Assembly (NCBI GenBank): GCA_963675355.2
Contig: CAXXMZ010000004.1
Location: 1,077 to 65,076 of the forward strand
Reading direction: 5' to 3'
DNA length: 64,000 bases
DNA from: Christensenellaceae bacterium
GTDB taxonomy: Bacteria > Bacillota > Clostridia > Christensenellales > UBA1431
The stretch's first letter is position 1. Every line of letters begins with the position of its first letter. The notes under the pieces were generated by a model. The model was not told where the DNA came from and made no database searches. It worked only from the letters and a program-made list of their open reading frames with translations. This document shows positions 36,928 through 47,406 of the stretch, one piece after another. A program made the position numbers and the translations under genes.

Positions 36928-37761
36928 ATGTTTAAAATAGGAGAGTTTTCAAAACTGACTCAAGTTTCAATTCGGATGCTAAGATATTATGATGAAATAG
37001 GGTTATTAAAGCCGTCTCAAATTGACCGGTTTACAGGATATCGTTTATATTCAGCAGAACAAATACAAATTCTGCAAAGAATAATATTGTTACGGGATAC
37101 AGGGTTTAATACTTCTGAGATTACTGTTGTTCTTAAAAATTGGGATAGTGCTTTCATATCTGATCAGCTAAAAAAGAAGAAACATGAAATACAACAAGCA
37201 ATCGAGTTGGAAAAAGAAAAGCTTAAAAAAATTGATAATGCAATTAATGATATCCAAGAAGAAAAAATTTCAGTTCATTATAATGTTTCCGTTAAAAGCA
37301 TACCTGCTTATCAGGTTCTTTCACTGCGAAAGATTCTTCGTGACTATTTTTGCGAGGAGATGCTATGGAAAGAGATGTCAGATTATATCAAGAGCGAACA
37401 TATCAATATATCAGAAAAAAACAGCGACTTTGCAATTTATCATGATGTTGAATATAAGGACTCCGGTGTTGGTGTTGAGGTATGTACTATTGTAAATGGG
37501 ATAGGTGAAAGCAGAAACGGATTTACGTTTCGAGAAACTGAAAGAGTTGATACAATGGCATGTATAATGGTATATGGACCATATGAAAATATAGCAATAG
37601 CATTTGAGTCTTTTGCTCAATGGCTGATAAATCATAACCAATATGAAATGGCAGGGCAAAACAGACAGATATGCCATATAGGTCCGTGGAACGATATAGA
37701 CCCAAGAAAATATCTGACTGAAATTCAAATCCCAATAAAAAAGATTTCAGTGAATAAGTAA
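36928..37761 (+). CDS. MerR-family regulator with a GyrI-like effector-binding domain
   Basis: It has the MerR HTH FKIGEFSKLTQVSIRMLRYYDEIGLLKP, a coiled linker, and a C-terminal GyrI-like half. Confidence 0.9.
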   Translation: MFKIGEFSKLTQVSIRMLRYYDEIGLLKPSQIDRFTGYRLYSAEQIQILQRIILLRDTGFNTSEITVVLKNWDSAFISDQLKKKKHEIQQAIELEKEKLKKIDNAINDIQEEKISVHYNVSVKSIPAYQVLSLRKILRDYFCEEMLWKEMSDYIKSEHINISEKNSDFAIYHDVEYKDSGVGVEVCTIVNGIGESRNGFTFRETERVDTMACIMVYGPYENIAIAFESFAQWLINHNQYEMAGQNRQICHIGPWNDIDPRKYLTEIQIPIKKISVNK

Positions 37762-38246
37762 GCACATAATGTTATTTTACCAACCGACAGTTAAAATCCT
37801 GTTGGTTATTTTTTATTGACCCTCACACAATGGTAGGGTTTATTATGGTATCAAAGTTATTATGAAAATAAACGGAGGGGTTATTTGGAAGAATCTACAA
37901 TTTTTTTAATTGGGAGAATAAATTTAGTTGTTAATGATATTAATTGCATATAATTAATTGTTCATTTGATTTTTTGCTGGGGTAAATGCAATTTGAACTC
38001 TTTTAAGGATATGGGACATTACCTGAAATTATTTACCCACGGTTCAGAGTTTATTAATTATCGTACAGTCCAAGACTATATTGATTTAGTATGGAAAAAG
38101 TTGAAAGTTTCAAAATAGTTATTAATTAGAACTTTACAAAGGCGGAAGGATGAGAACTCGAAAACCCTTTAATTCGAGGTCGATATCGTGGGTATATGGT
38201 TTATGTCTATTATTAAGATATAGTCATTTGGAGGAGACTTTTTAAT

Positions 38247-38543
38247 ATGAATTATCACTTTGAAATAATGTCAGTAAATGAAAAAGAACGTTGGATTTAT
38301 ATAAACCATGATTGTTCATTTGAAATTGATGCATTTGTAAATCTTGTGAAAGCTATTCAAAGTGATTGTAATGGCAAGATAATTAGTGTTGGGGATGTAC
38401 AGTATAGGATTGAGGGTTCAAAATTAGATTTGATTTTTCAATGGGATGATTGTTTTGGTAGTGTAGTGATTTATAATAAAAAAGAGCAAAAAGAATTTGT
38501 GATAGAATTTCTTCAAAGCTATTTTGTTAAGCTTAACATATAA
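38247..38543 (+). CDS. Hypothetical protein (98 aa)
   Basis: RBS ggaggag lies 10 nt upstream of the ATG. I recognised no family. Confidence 0.45.
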   Translation: MNYHFEIMSVNEKERWIYINHDCSFEIDAFVNLVKAIQSDCNGKIISVGDVQYRIEGSKLDLIFQWDDCFGSVVIYNKKEQKEFVIEFLQSYFVKLNI

Positions 38544-38759
38544 AGTATAAAATAGTTAAAATTGAATTGTAATATGGTTTTTATTGGGAATATAATAGGC
38601 TAAAGCTTGTAATAAAGCGATTCAGATCTCATTGTCTGGGGAGTGCTAGGGTTAATGTGTTCGTGAGCGGTCGCCATGCTTAAACATGAGTTTGCAATTA
38701 TGATAAAGAGACTTCACGTTTTTCATTAATTAGAATCAATAAAATGATGGAGAGTAATT

Positions 38760-38993
38760 ATGGTTAAGAAAAAAGTACTATTTGGAATAATTGCCGCAGC
38801 GATAATTAGTGTTAGTTTAATTGGTTGTACTAATCCAAATTCAAATAAAGCAGTAAATGATATTGAACTTAGTAGAATTTCTAATAATTCGGTAATGGAA
38901 TCATATAAAGCAGTTTTGCAGAATAAGGCTGAATTTTTTAGCACAGATAACGAAGAAAATCTATATTTGAATAAATTTTTAACTAACAAATAG
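38760..38993 (+). CDS. Lipoprotein, probably 3'-truncated at the junction with the recombinase remnant
   Basis: It has a signal with the lipobox SLIGC. The ORF stops exactly where homology to the serine recombinase begins. Confidence 0.5.
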   Translation: MVKKKVLFGIIAAAIISVSLIGCTNPNSNKAVNDIELSRISNNSVMESYKAVLQNKAEFFSTDNEENLYLNKFLTNK

Positions 38994-39757
38994 AAGATAA
39001 CCATGAACCTATCATATCAAAAGAAGTGTTTGAAAAGGTGCAAACAGAAAAAGAACGGCGAGCTAAGCTAAAGAACAATATCAAAAATGATAGGGGAAAG
39101 TATTCTAGTAAGTATCCTTTTAGCGGGAAAATCGTATGTAGTAAATGCGGTAGCACATACAGGAGAAGAACGTGGAACAGCGATAAAAGTTGTAGGAGGG
39201 TAGTATGGCAATGCAAAACTTATGTAAAGGAAGGAAAGAATGAGTGTGATGCTAAGGCAGTATATGATGAAGTATTAGAAGATGCGTTTGTAGATGTATT
39301 TAACAGAATGAAAGCAGATAAAGATGGGTTTGTTCAATTGTTATCAGATAACATACAAAAGGTATTAGCGCAAAGTGTGCATAAAGCAGATATTGAGGAA
39401 CTAGACAAAAAGATTGAACATATAAAGAATGAACTGAAAAGCCTTATTAAACTTCAAACCACAGGGATGGTTGATAAAGAAGTATACAACGAAGAATATG
39501 AGAGGATATCAACCGAACTTAATGGATATCGAGAGAAAAGGGCTAAGTATGAACAAGACGAAAGAAGAAAAGAAGAACTAAGAAGTAGAACAGATGAGAT
39601 AATGAAAGTATTACATGACAGGGTGGATTTACTAGAACGATTTGATGAAGATATATTTAATGCGTTGGTTGAAAAGATAGAAGTTATCGAACCGACGCAT
39701 TTTGTTTTTGTATTGAAGAGTGGGACAAAGATGGAGGTAAATGGTAATATTTGTTGA
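38990..39757 (+). pseudogene. 5'-truncated large serine recombinase (C-terminal ~250 codons)
   Basis: It is about 90% identical by eye to 25470-26235. Homology continues about 25 nt past the stop (39758-39784 versus 26236-26262) and then stops. Confidence 0.9.
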
Positions 39758-40254
39758 AGTTTATATTATTATGGAATAAAATAGAAACAAATATTAAAGT
39801 GTCTTTTCATTATTTCATTGAAGATGGCTACAATAATATTTTCAGGAAATCAGGCTTTGGTTACTTTTGATCAAAGTTTGTTAGGAGTGAAATATGCATA
39901 TTTATTATTTTCAACGTTATCATAGCAAATAAAATGTAGACACAGCTAATGCAATGCTGTTGCTATCGCGTCTGTATTCGTGAGTATGGACAGTAATTGC
40001 TTGGTATTTAAGATTGGCGATAATTATAGGAGTGCTAAATCATGGAGCGGGTGCTATTTTGATTGAAGAACTTGGTGATGATAACAATCCTTATCGTGCC
40101 AGCTGATTTCTTGAAAGGGATATTCGAATTTAATCTAGACGAATAAAAATGTAACTAATCCTGATATTCCTGCAATGTTTGCAAATCCAATTCACCATTG
40201 TCCTAGACTTTCTTTCTCAAAAGTGTTGCCCTTGAAAAACAAAGAACACAAACT

Positions 40255-40275
40255 CCTGACATCTAACCTGACCAC
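40255..40275 (-). repeat. T2 repeat unit, reverse orientation
   Basis: cctgacatctaacctgaccac is the reverse complement of gtggtcaggttagatgtcagg. Confidence 0.6.
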
Positions 40276-40427
40276 TTGTCAGGCTGATAAGTATCTCTTG
40301 ATTATGATCTTTTAAATTTTTCAAGCTGATTGATTTGTTTTTATACAATATCTCAAATGAGAGAGCATGATTTAAAAGAATTAGAAAGAAAACATTGTTG
40401 CGGTATTAGATAGTGGAAGGAGAAAAG

Positions 40428-40781
40428 ATGGATCAAAATAAATTTAATAATGTAGATGAATACATTTCGCAATTTCCTGATAATGTTCAAGAAATTCTTT
40501 GCGAGTTGCTACGGGTAATAAAAGATTCTGCGCCTGATGCTGAAGAAAAGATTAGTTATCAGATGCCTACATTTTACTTATATGGTAACTTGGTGCATTT
40601 TGTTGCATACAAAAACCATATTGGTTTTTACCTAACGTCATCAGGTATAGAGGCATTTAAAGATGAATTATCTATTTATAGAAATGCAAGAGGTTCAGTA
40701 CAGTTCCCTATTGATAAGCCTGTGCCATTTGAATTGATTAAGAAAATTGTTGAGTTCAGGATTAAAGAAAATAAAATTTAA
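40428..40781 (+). CDS. DUF1801 (YdhG-like) domain protein
   Basis: VDEYISQFPDNVQEIL..L..IKDSAPDAEEKISYQMPTFYLYGNLVHF.AYKNHIGFY. Confidence 0.75.
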   Translation: MDQNKFNNVDEYISQFPDNVQEILCELLRVIKDSAPDAEEKISYQMPTFYLYGNLVHFVAYKNHIGFYLTSSGIEAFKDELSIYRNARGSVQFPIDKPVPFELIKKIVEFRIKENKI

Positions 40782-40821
40782 ATAAAAGAAATGATGAAAC
40801 GCATTCATAGAAGGTTTTGGT

Positions 40822-41006
40822 ATGGAGAAAGAAAAAAAGACCCTTTCATTGGAAGAGCGTGAGGAAATAATTGAAATACTGAAAACTCGATTTGATGATA
40901 ATATGGTTAGACATAATGGACTTGAATGGAAAATATAAAAAGAAAAATAGTAGCAAATAATGAAAAACTGAGGGCATTGTATGAAATGGAAGTCACGGGT
41001 GGTCAT
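40822..41006 (+). pseudogene. DUF4256-like gene fragments
   Basis: It reads MEKEKKTLSLEEREEIIEILKTRFDDNMVRHNGLEW, then stops, then ..NEKLRALYEMEVTGGH in another frame. Confidence 0.5.
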
Positions 41007-41028
41007 TTTTGTATAACACTGAGGATGT

Positions 41029-41844
41029 TTGGATGAGATGTGTATAAAATTACTAAAAAGCGATAAATTTTTCAGTTACTACTTACCTCACAAAGAATTA
41101 TACCCATATATATCCTATTACTCCATTCAACACATGTCTTTTTCGACAATAGCTCCATTGTTCATTCCGGATTTGGGTGGATCAATAATAGTTAGCCGTC
41201 ACCAGAACGGTTTGGACATGATAGTTTGGGGACCGTTTAGCCAGATCACTGCAATCGAAAACAGGCAACATGCTGTATTGGCGCAGTATTTTATTGAGTT
41301 TCAGCCGGGCGGGTTATCACGCCTTGTTTATCAAAACAGTAATGAGATCCTCAATAGAAAAATAATACTGAACGAGATTGATAGTAATGTATACTATTCG
41401 CTAAGACAACTCTTTGAAAAACACATTGATGCGGAGGATGCTTTGATATCTTCTCTAGATAATTATTTTTTAGAGTTATTGGATAAACGCAAGGACGCAT
41501 TAGCTAATGGTCGTAGCATTTTGAGCTTGTTGCAGAATTCTAGTATTAACATAACAATGGATTACTTATCCACGGATGTACATTATTCCACTCGTCATAT
41601 AAACCGATATCTGAATGCATTAACGGGGGTATCAGGTAAAAGCTATATTAGGATCAAGCGTTTCAACAAAGCTGTTGAAATGCTTAAACAAAGCAATCAT
41701 TCAATAGAAGAGATTGCATACTGTCTTGGTTATTTTGATGCTGCACACTTTGTCCATGACTTTTTGGAAATATCGGAGCTATCTCCCACGCTATACCGAA
41801 AAAACAAGTCTGATTTTTACAATGATACATTGAAAAAAATTTGA
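41029..41844 (+). CDS. AraC-family transcriptional regulator
   Basis: It has the C-terminal double HTH: STRHINRYLNALTGVSGKSYIRIKRFNKA..IEEIAYCLGYFDAAHFVHDF. Confidence 0.85.
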   Translation: MDEMCIKLLKSDKFFSYYLPHKELYPYISYYSIQHMSFSTIAPLFIPDLGGSIIVSRHQNGLDMIVWGPFSQITAIENRQHAVLAQYFIEFQPGGLSRLVYQNSNEILNRKIILNEIDSNVYYSLRQLFEKHIDAEDALISSLDNYFLELLDKRKDALANGRSILSLLQNSSINITMDYLSTDVHYSTRHINRYLNALTGVSGKSYIRIKRFNKAVEMLKQSNHSIEEIAYCLGYFDAAHFVHDFLEISELSPTLYRKNKSDFYNDTLKKI

Positions 41845-41906
41845 TACAATTTAACCATATTACTAAAGATACTTTGTATGTTTATCTATGAAAGGAGAAC
41901 GTGGAC

Positions 41907-42392
41907 ATGAAATTTCACAGCCCTATGATTATTGTCAAAGACATTGATAATAGTAAAAAGTTCTATCTCGATATTCTGTACGAAGAAATCTCACAAGACT
42001 TGGGAAGCTATATCGTTTTTGGTGGAGGTTTTTCCATGATGACTCGGGAGAAATGGAATATATTTACAAATGACGCGCCTGCTTTAGAAGGGAATTGTGG
42101 GCATAACTTTGAGCTTTATTTTGAAGAAGATAATCTCGACGATTTTGTCAAAAAATTGGAAAGGAACACAGACATTAAGATATTTACGGAATTTCAAGAA
42201 GCGCCGTGGGGACAGCGTACAATCCGTTTTTTTGACCCTGATAAGCACGTTATCGAGGTGTCCGAATCTATGGAAGCAGTTGTTATAAGAATTTTATCGT
42301 CTGGAATGACGCTGCAGGAGACTTCAGAAAAATCTATGATGCCGATTGAGTTTGTAGAAAAGTGCGCTGCTAAGCTTGGCGCAACAGTTTGA
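41907..42392 (+). CDS. VOC (glyoxalase/bleomycin-resistance) family protein
   Basis: The pattern is that of the VOC fold, with a paired beta-alpha-beta-beta-beta module (..MIIVKDIDNSKKFY.., ..IRFFDPDKHVIEV). Confidence 0.7.
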   Translation: MKFHSPMIIVKDIDNSKKFYLDILYEEISQDLGSYIVFGGGFSMMTREKWNIFTNDAPALEGNCGHNFELYFEEDNLDDFVKKLERNTDIKIFTEFQEAPWGQRTIRFFDPDKHVIEVSESMEAVVIRILSSGMTLQETSEKSMMPIEFVEKCAAKLGATV

Positions 42393-42408
42393 ATAAAGAG
42401 GTGTGCTT

Positions 42409-42765
42409 ATGAAGTATTTATGGCTTGACGAATATTGCTTGGAAGAGCAAGGTGCTACAAAAGAGTTTAAAGCGGAATGGAATGCAACAAAATATTTAAT
42501 TGGCGGGAAAATGTTTGCGTTACAAGGAGCTGATAACACAGCCAGACCCATTATAACTTTGAAATTGCTTCCCGCTGATGGAGATTTTCTTCGTAGACAA
42601 TATGAAGATATTGTTCCTGGTTATTATATGAACAAAGACCATTGGAACTCCGTCTATCTTGATGGCTCGATACCTGATGATGTGTTGCGGGGAATGATAG
42701 ACAAATCATATACTATACTTTTTAACTCATTGACAAAGAAAACACAAAAAGAAATTACGGGATAA
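42409..42765 (+). CDS. MmcQ/YjbR-family protein
   Basis: ..GGKMFAL..ITLKL...L...Y..I.PGYYMNKDHWNSVYLDGSIPDDVL..MIDKSY. Confidence 0.8.
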   Translation: MKYLWLDEYCLEEQGATKEFKAEWNATKYLIGGKMFALQGADNTARPIITLKLLPADGDFLRRQYEDIVPGYYMNKDHWNSVYLDGSIPDDVLRGMIDKSYTILFNSLTKKTQKEITG

Positions 42766-42868
42766 ATTAGAGGCTCTCTTATATGTGGCATATAAAAAAG
42801 TCGTATTTGGAAGATGTAAGGTTGACGTAGAAATACACCCTGACGCCAAGGGGATATCAGCATCAAGC

Positions 42869-42943
42869 GACAGCATTATCACCGTCTCAACACACGTTGA
42901 GACGGTAGTATTGATGTCACGGGTAAAAGAAATGAGTGTGTAA
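42869..42943 (+). repeat. T1 repeat copy C: complete 23-4-23 imperfect palindrome
   Basis: gacagcattatcaccgtctcaac (42869-91), acac, gttgagacggtagtattgatgtc (42896-918). 19 of 23 arm positions are complementary. It reads ..DSIITVSTHVETVVLMSRVKEMSV*. Confidence 0.85.
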
Positions 42944-43298
42944 TGTGAAACAAATTTACAAAATCATATATCCAAATGGTAATTTGGTTTAGAAAAAAGC
43001 GGTAAGGTTCAGGTCATCGATACAGCAGATCACATATTAACGTCGGAATCCAGAGCGCTTACTGGACAACGAGCACAACCGCTCAAGCTGAAAAGCTACT
43101 TAAATATGTTATCAGCAGCTTTTAACCGACCGGAAACCAGAAAGGCTTTGCCATCTTCAATAAGCGGTTTGTGGAAAGCAGACTTATTCTTCGGAACTAC
43201 AGATGCTGATAGATGGCTTGGAATATCATTGAAAATTAATCCATCTCAATTAGAAGGTGCGAGAGGATTAAGAATAGGTATCGTATGTATAAATATAT

Positions 43299-43685
43299 TC
43301 ATTCTTTTCTTCTCTCCATTGTGAAATAGGATATCGATGTTAAAGCATTTAATGCCGTTTCCAGATTGCTCACCCAAACTACAAGCTTTCCATTGTTGCA
43401 TTCGTAGATGAAGTCATGCAGAGCTTTGCTTTTGTATTGAGAGAAGTCCCCTACAATAGCAAGACGTACATTGTAGTTGGAAAATTTCTGCAAAACCTCA
43501 CCTGCAAAGCGTGTTTTCAGATCAAAGAAATCCTCATTTAAACTTTCCTGGAAGAGTACAATTGCATCGTTACATCCCAGATATTGGGCGGCAGCCATCA
43601 TGTCCAGTGCATCTTGAGCACTTTGTATTGACTTCGTATGGTCAATAACGGCAACTTTCTGCCCGTTCTTTTCAATAATATGCAT
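43299..43685 (-). CDS. DUF4180 domain protein
   Basis: ..SAQDALDMMAAAQYLGC..I.L....L.EDFF.LKT..AGE.LQKF.NY.V.LAIVGDFS.Y.SK.L.DFIYE.NNG. Confidence 0.75.
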   Translation of the reverse strand: MHIIEKNGQKVAVIDHTKSIQSAQDALDMMAAAQYLGCNDAIVLFQESLNEDFFDLKTRFAGEVLQKFSNYNVRLAIVGDFSQYKSKALHDFIYECNNGKLVVWVSNLETALNALTSISYFTMERRKE

Positions 43686-43687
43686 AC

Positions 43688-44515
43688 TTATATCTCCTTT
43701 GATAAGAAAGGTATTACCTGATCCGCCGCGCTTGTAATCACATGCGCACCCTCGGTCAGGTTAACGGTTGCATGCGGCACAAGACTGGAAAGCCGATGTG
43801 CTGCCTTTGTGGCATTCATTGTTACATCGTTGGTTCCTGCAATGTAAAGCATCGGCATGGTCAGCAAACGCATCTGCTCATCTGTGAGAACCGGCAGTGC
43901 ATCTGTGATTGGGTTGAAGTTTTCCATCACAAGCTTCATAAACTCAAGCACTTCCTTGGGGATCGCGGCATCGCCCATTACTGCGTCAGTGACAGCTTCT
44001 GCACTATCGGAATTGCTTGCAATATCTGCGGTCTGATTAACGAAAGACTGCTCGGGCGGGATAATACCGGACGGAGCAAGCAGCGCCAACGCGGCTGTAC
44101 GTTTGGGATATGTGGCTGCAAAATGCAAGGCTAACCAGCCACCCATTGAATTTCCAATTACCACTGCTTTCTCTGTTTTGAGCCCATCGAGAACTTCGTT
44201 CAACCAGTGAGGATATTCGGTTGACTGAATGTTTAAGCGATTGTCCTCGCTGTTGCCTGGCTCTCCTGGGATATCAATAGCAAAGACATGATATTGCGCC
44301 GCCAAAGCAGCCATATCGCCAAGCCATGCGGCACTGTTGCTGCAGGAGCCGTGCAAAAGAATAATTGCGGTATTTTCCTCACTTCCTGCCTCCAATAAAA
44401 AGGTTTTGCCAAAGGATGTGTCCACATACCTTTGTGTAAGAGGGAAAAAGCCTAGGATGTTATTGTAGTATCCGCGTATTTTGTCCCGACCTTCTTTTGA
44501 TTTGAATACGTTCAT
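43688..44515 (-). CDS. Alpha/beta-fold hydrolase
   Basis: It has LLHG, the nucleophile elbow GNSMGG, and a C-terminal His region. Confidence 0.85.
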   Translation of the reverse strand: MNVFKSKEGRDKIRGYYNNILGFFPLTQRYVDTSFGKTFLLEAGSEENTAIILLHGSCSNSAAWLGDMAALAAQYHVFAIDIPGEPGNSEDNRLNIQSTEYPHWLNEVLDGLKTEKAVVIGNSMGGWLALHFAATYPKRTAALALLAPSGIIPPEQSFVNQTADIASNSDSAEAVTDAVMGDAAIPKEVLEFMKLVMENFNPITDALPVLTDEQMRLLTMPMLYIAGTNDVTMNATKAAHRLSSLVPHATVNLTEGAHVITSAADQVIPFLSKEI

Positions 44516-44964
44516 TTTGTTTCCTCCTTTTGTTGTGTAAACACTTCAATGGCATTTAAAATTGCTGACATGAATTGAATATTGCCCCAAAGCGTTAATC
44601 GCACTGTATTGTCTGACTCCAGAAATTGTGCATGCAGAGAAGCTTGACCATATTCCGGCGGTTTGACATTCATTGCTGCAGTGAGAGAATTGATGATGCG
44701 GTCTGCATCGTCTTTACCGCACACTTCAATATCGATTACTGAGGATGCTTTCACACGCACCTGCGCCAAATCATCTGCCGACCTTTCGCCGATCACAGTG
44801 CGGTTCGTTTCGGTGAACCTGCTGAGATCATGGCCAGAGATGCGCCAGCTTTTGCCGAGTTTTGTCGCGTTTAGCTTTCCTTCACGAATATACCGTTGAA
44901 TTGTTTTGGGGTGTATACTCAGCATTTGAGCAATTTGGTCTACGGTATAGTATTTTTCATTCAT
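44512..44964 (-). CDS. Excisionase/MerR-type HTH DNA-binding protein with a C-terminal extension
   Basis: YTVDQIAQMLSIHPKTIQRYIREGKLNATKLGKSWRISGHDL. It is the first gene of a G+C-richer three-gene operon. Confidence 0.7.
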   Translation of the reverse strand: MNEKYYTVDQIAQMLSIHPKTIQRYIREGKLNATKLGKSWRISGHDLSRFTETNRTVIGERSADDLAQVRVKASSVIDIEVCGKDDADRIINSLTAAMNVKPPEYGQASLHAQFLESDNTVRLTLWGNIQFMSAILNAIEVFTQQKEETK

Positions 44965-45076
44965 GATATAAACTCCTTATAATTACTTAACAAAGTAATT
45001 ATAAGTTACGATTGGTAATCTGTCAACAGGTTTCTATAAGAAAATTGGTGAAAAAATGCAGCTGATATTTTTGTCT

Positions 45077-45290
45077 TTATTCTTTCACATCCACCGTCAT
45101 GCCGGACTTGAACTCCACGGTGAATTTATCCGCTGCATCCGCAGATGCCGTGTAGACGGTAACCTTTTCAACCAGCCGCCGGAGCAGAGCATCACACCCA
45201 CCTGGCGGTGGGAGGTCATATTCGGTCTGGGCGGTGGGCTGCTTCTCGGAAGCTCGTTCATTGACTTGTTTCCATGAACGGTAAATAGTA
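45077..45290 (-). pseudogene. C-terminal scrap of a second type of large serine recombinase
   Basis: The reverse strand reads ..LVEKVTVYTASADAADKFTVEFKSGMTVDVKE*. The same ending occurs at 52378-52470. Confidence 0.7.
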
Positions 45291-45391
45291 TAATCACGCT
45301 GTAGACATTTTCCCGCAAGCAGATAAGCTTGATGGATTTATTTCCGCGTACGGATTGACTATACAAATCGATCAATCTGATGACCTCGTTC

Positions 45392-45425
45392 CACGTTGAG
45401 TGCGTGGTAATGCTGTCACGCAAAT
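45392..45425 (+). repeat. T1 repeat copy D (right arm only)
   Basis: cacgttgagtgcgtggtaatgctgtcacgc lies between two recombinase remnants. Confidence 0.8.
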
Positions 45426-45539
45426 GTAGTGGAGAGGAATAAAACAAATAACAATATATTGAGATTATGCCAGTCAAGATGTGATTATACCCTACTTGTC
45501 ATTCGTGCAAATTAACGAAATTGAATAGGTTAATTAGAG

Positions 45540-46255
45540 GAAAGGGGAGAAGTTCCCCGTCGGGAATTTGAACGATTGATGAAAGAATGCGAAGCTCATA
45601 ATATCTCTGTTGTTATCAGCAGGTTTTGCAGAGACACCGTTGAAACTCTTTCTGCATTAAAGCGATTAAAGGCGGCTGGAGTGAGGGTGATATTTGACAG
45701 GAGAGTCTGGACACCGATGAGATGGACAATGAACTCATGATTTCAATTATGGAATCCTTTGCTCAGGCAGAAAACTAGAGCCGTAGTGAAAATATCAGAC
45801 TGGGACTTGCTCATCGGGCTGCCAGTGGCGCTTCTGGACTATAAAAGCGAAAGCTTTACGGTTACACTAAAGATAAAGGAGGAGAACTTGTAATTGAATA
45901 TGAACAGGCAAAGGTTGTCCGTGATACTTACCGTTGGTATCTTCATGGGGCAAGTGTGCTTGGAATTATAAAAAAGCTCTCAGAGATGGGTGTTTTATCC
46001 CCTACTGGGAAGGAAAAATGAAATAAGCGAGCTATCGAAAAGATGCTTGAAAATGAAAGATATACAGGAACGGTTACGCTTTTGGATTCTGCAAGACAAG
46101 AGTATAGATACCAGATGAAAGAATGCCTTCCGCCGATAATTACAGAGAGTGAGTTCCAATCGATACAGGAGAAAAAGAAAAAGCGAAGTAATATTGTTAC
46201 TGACGATGACGGAACACACCGCAGTAGCAAGAGATATAGTTCAAGAAAGAAATAG
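45540..46255 (+). pseudogene. Degenerate large serine recombinase (multiple stops and frameshifts)
   Basis: Resolvase-domain scraps (REFERLMKECEAHNISVVI.., ALKRLKAAGVRVIFD, MESFAQAEN) are followed by recombinase-domain scraps (YGYTKDKGGELVI.., GASVLGIIKKLSEMGV.SPTGK, IEKMLENERYTG). Confidence 0.8.
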
Positions 46256-46312
46256 ATAAACTGGAAGTTGTTGAGGAGATTATTTATATTTTATTTATAA
46301 GGAGAATGAATA

Positions 46313-46855
46313 ATGGATTTACTACAAGGTATTAGAGAAAGACGAAGTGTTCGCAAATACAAACAAACACCTATTCCACATGAAATTATTGCTCAGATTG
46401 TAGAAGATGCATCTTATGCACCTTCTTGGAAGCACACACAGATAGCTAGATATATTTTTGTTGAAGATAGAAAAATTATTGATAAAATTGCAGAGCAAAT
46501 GGTGTTAGATTTTAAGATGAATGAAAAAACACTTAAAAATGCCCCTGCCATTATGTTAGTTACTTATATTACCAATCGTTCAGGTTTCGAGCGTGACGGG
46601 ACATTTTCAACTCCAAAATGCGAAGGATTTGAAATGTTTGATGCCGGAATTGCTGCTCAGACATTTTGCTTAGCGGCATATAAAAGGGGGATTGGAACTG
46701 TTATTACAGGCTATTTTGATGAAGAAAGAATATCAGAATTTTTAGATCTTCCAGATAATCAAAAAATTGGTTGTCTTATTTGTATGGGCTATTCAGATGA
46801 AAAGCCAAACACACCTAAAAGAAAGGCAGTATCAGAGTTATTAACGTATAAATAA
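46313..46855 (+). CDS. Nitroreductase-family protein
   Basis: RRSVRKYKQTPIPHEII..I.E.ASYAPSWKHTQ. Confidence 0.9.
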   Translation: MDLLQGIRERRSVRKYKQTPIPHEIIAQIVEDASYAPSWKHTQIARYIFVEDRKIIDKIAEQMVLDFKMNEKTLKNAPAIMLVTYITNRSGFERDGTFSTPKCEGFEMFDAGIAAQTFCLAAYKRGIGTVITGYFDEERISEFLDLPDNQKIGCLICMGYSDEKPNTPKRKAVSELLTYK

Positions 46856-46919
46856 ATTACCTATTATGAGCACAATCTTCAGTATGTCAAATTCCGGTTT
46901 GAATATCTGTTGAATTTAC

Positions 46920-47071
46920 AAATAGCCTACTTATATGAAACTGCAGAATAGATACAGATGATTAGAGAGAATATGAAAAAGGCCTGTAATACCACGTTTT
47001 TTACTGCATTGTGGACAGCCTAATTATCACATGTTGAGTGCGTGGTAATGCTGTCAAGGGTAAAAGAGTAG
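46920..47071 (+). repeat. T1 repeat copy E (long form)
   Basis: aaatagcctactt..ggacagcctaattatcacatgttgagtgcgtggtaatgctgtcaagggtaaaagagtag. Confidence 0.8.
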
Positions 47072-47160
47072 AAGGCTGGAAAGGCTTGGAATAAGGGCTT
47101 TTCTAGGTTTGCGAGTAGAAAATCCGATGTGTGAAAACATGAAAATGTCGCTCCGTGGAA

Positions 47161-47250
47161 ACAAGCCCAAGGGGCAGTTTCGATAGTCAGGTGGTCAGAT
47201 TAGATGTCATAGCGTAGTGACAGAGCGGGTTAGATTTCAGTGAAATAAGC
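47161..47250 (+). repeat. T2 repeat
   Basis: ctccgtggaaa..gtggtcagattagatgtcatagcgtagtgacagagcgggttagatttcag. Confidence 0.7.
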
Positions 47251-47406
47251 CACTTTTTATAAAAAGTTAAAATTAACAGGTGAATATTATGAATCTAAAA
47301 CAAAGGGCAAGACAATTAAAAATAGATATTCCCGCCGTGTTTTAAGTTTGAAAAGACTCACCAATTGGATAGTATAGAATCTATAAATTATTAGGGAGGT
47401 TGAACT

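Noticed and set aside
42945..43324. GIY-YIG-like start (VKQIYKIIYPNGNLV*) and the 72-codon ORF 43106-43324.
   Set aside because: They are short scraps with stops, with no complete domain. Probably remnants of a nuclease or restriction gene, but not supportable as features.
45056..45477. ORFs 45056-45277 (+) and 45097-45477 (-).
   Set aside because: They read across or opposite the recombinase scrap and T1 copy D. The minus ORF merely strings together remnant sequence and the repeat (..DSITTHST..).
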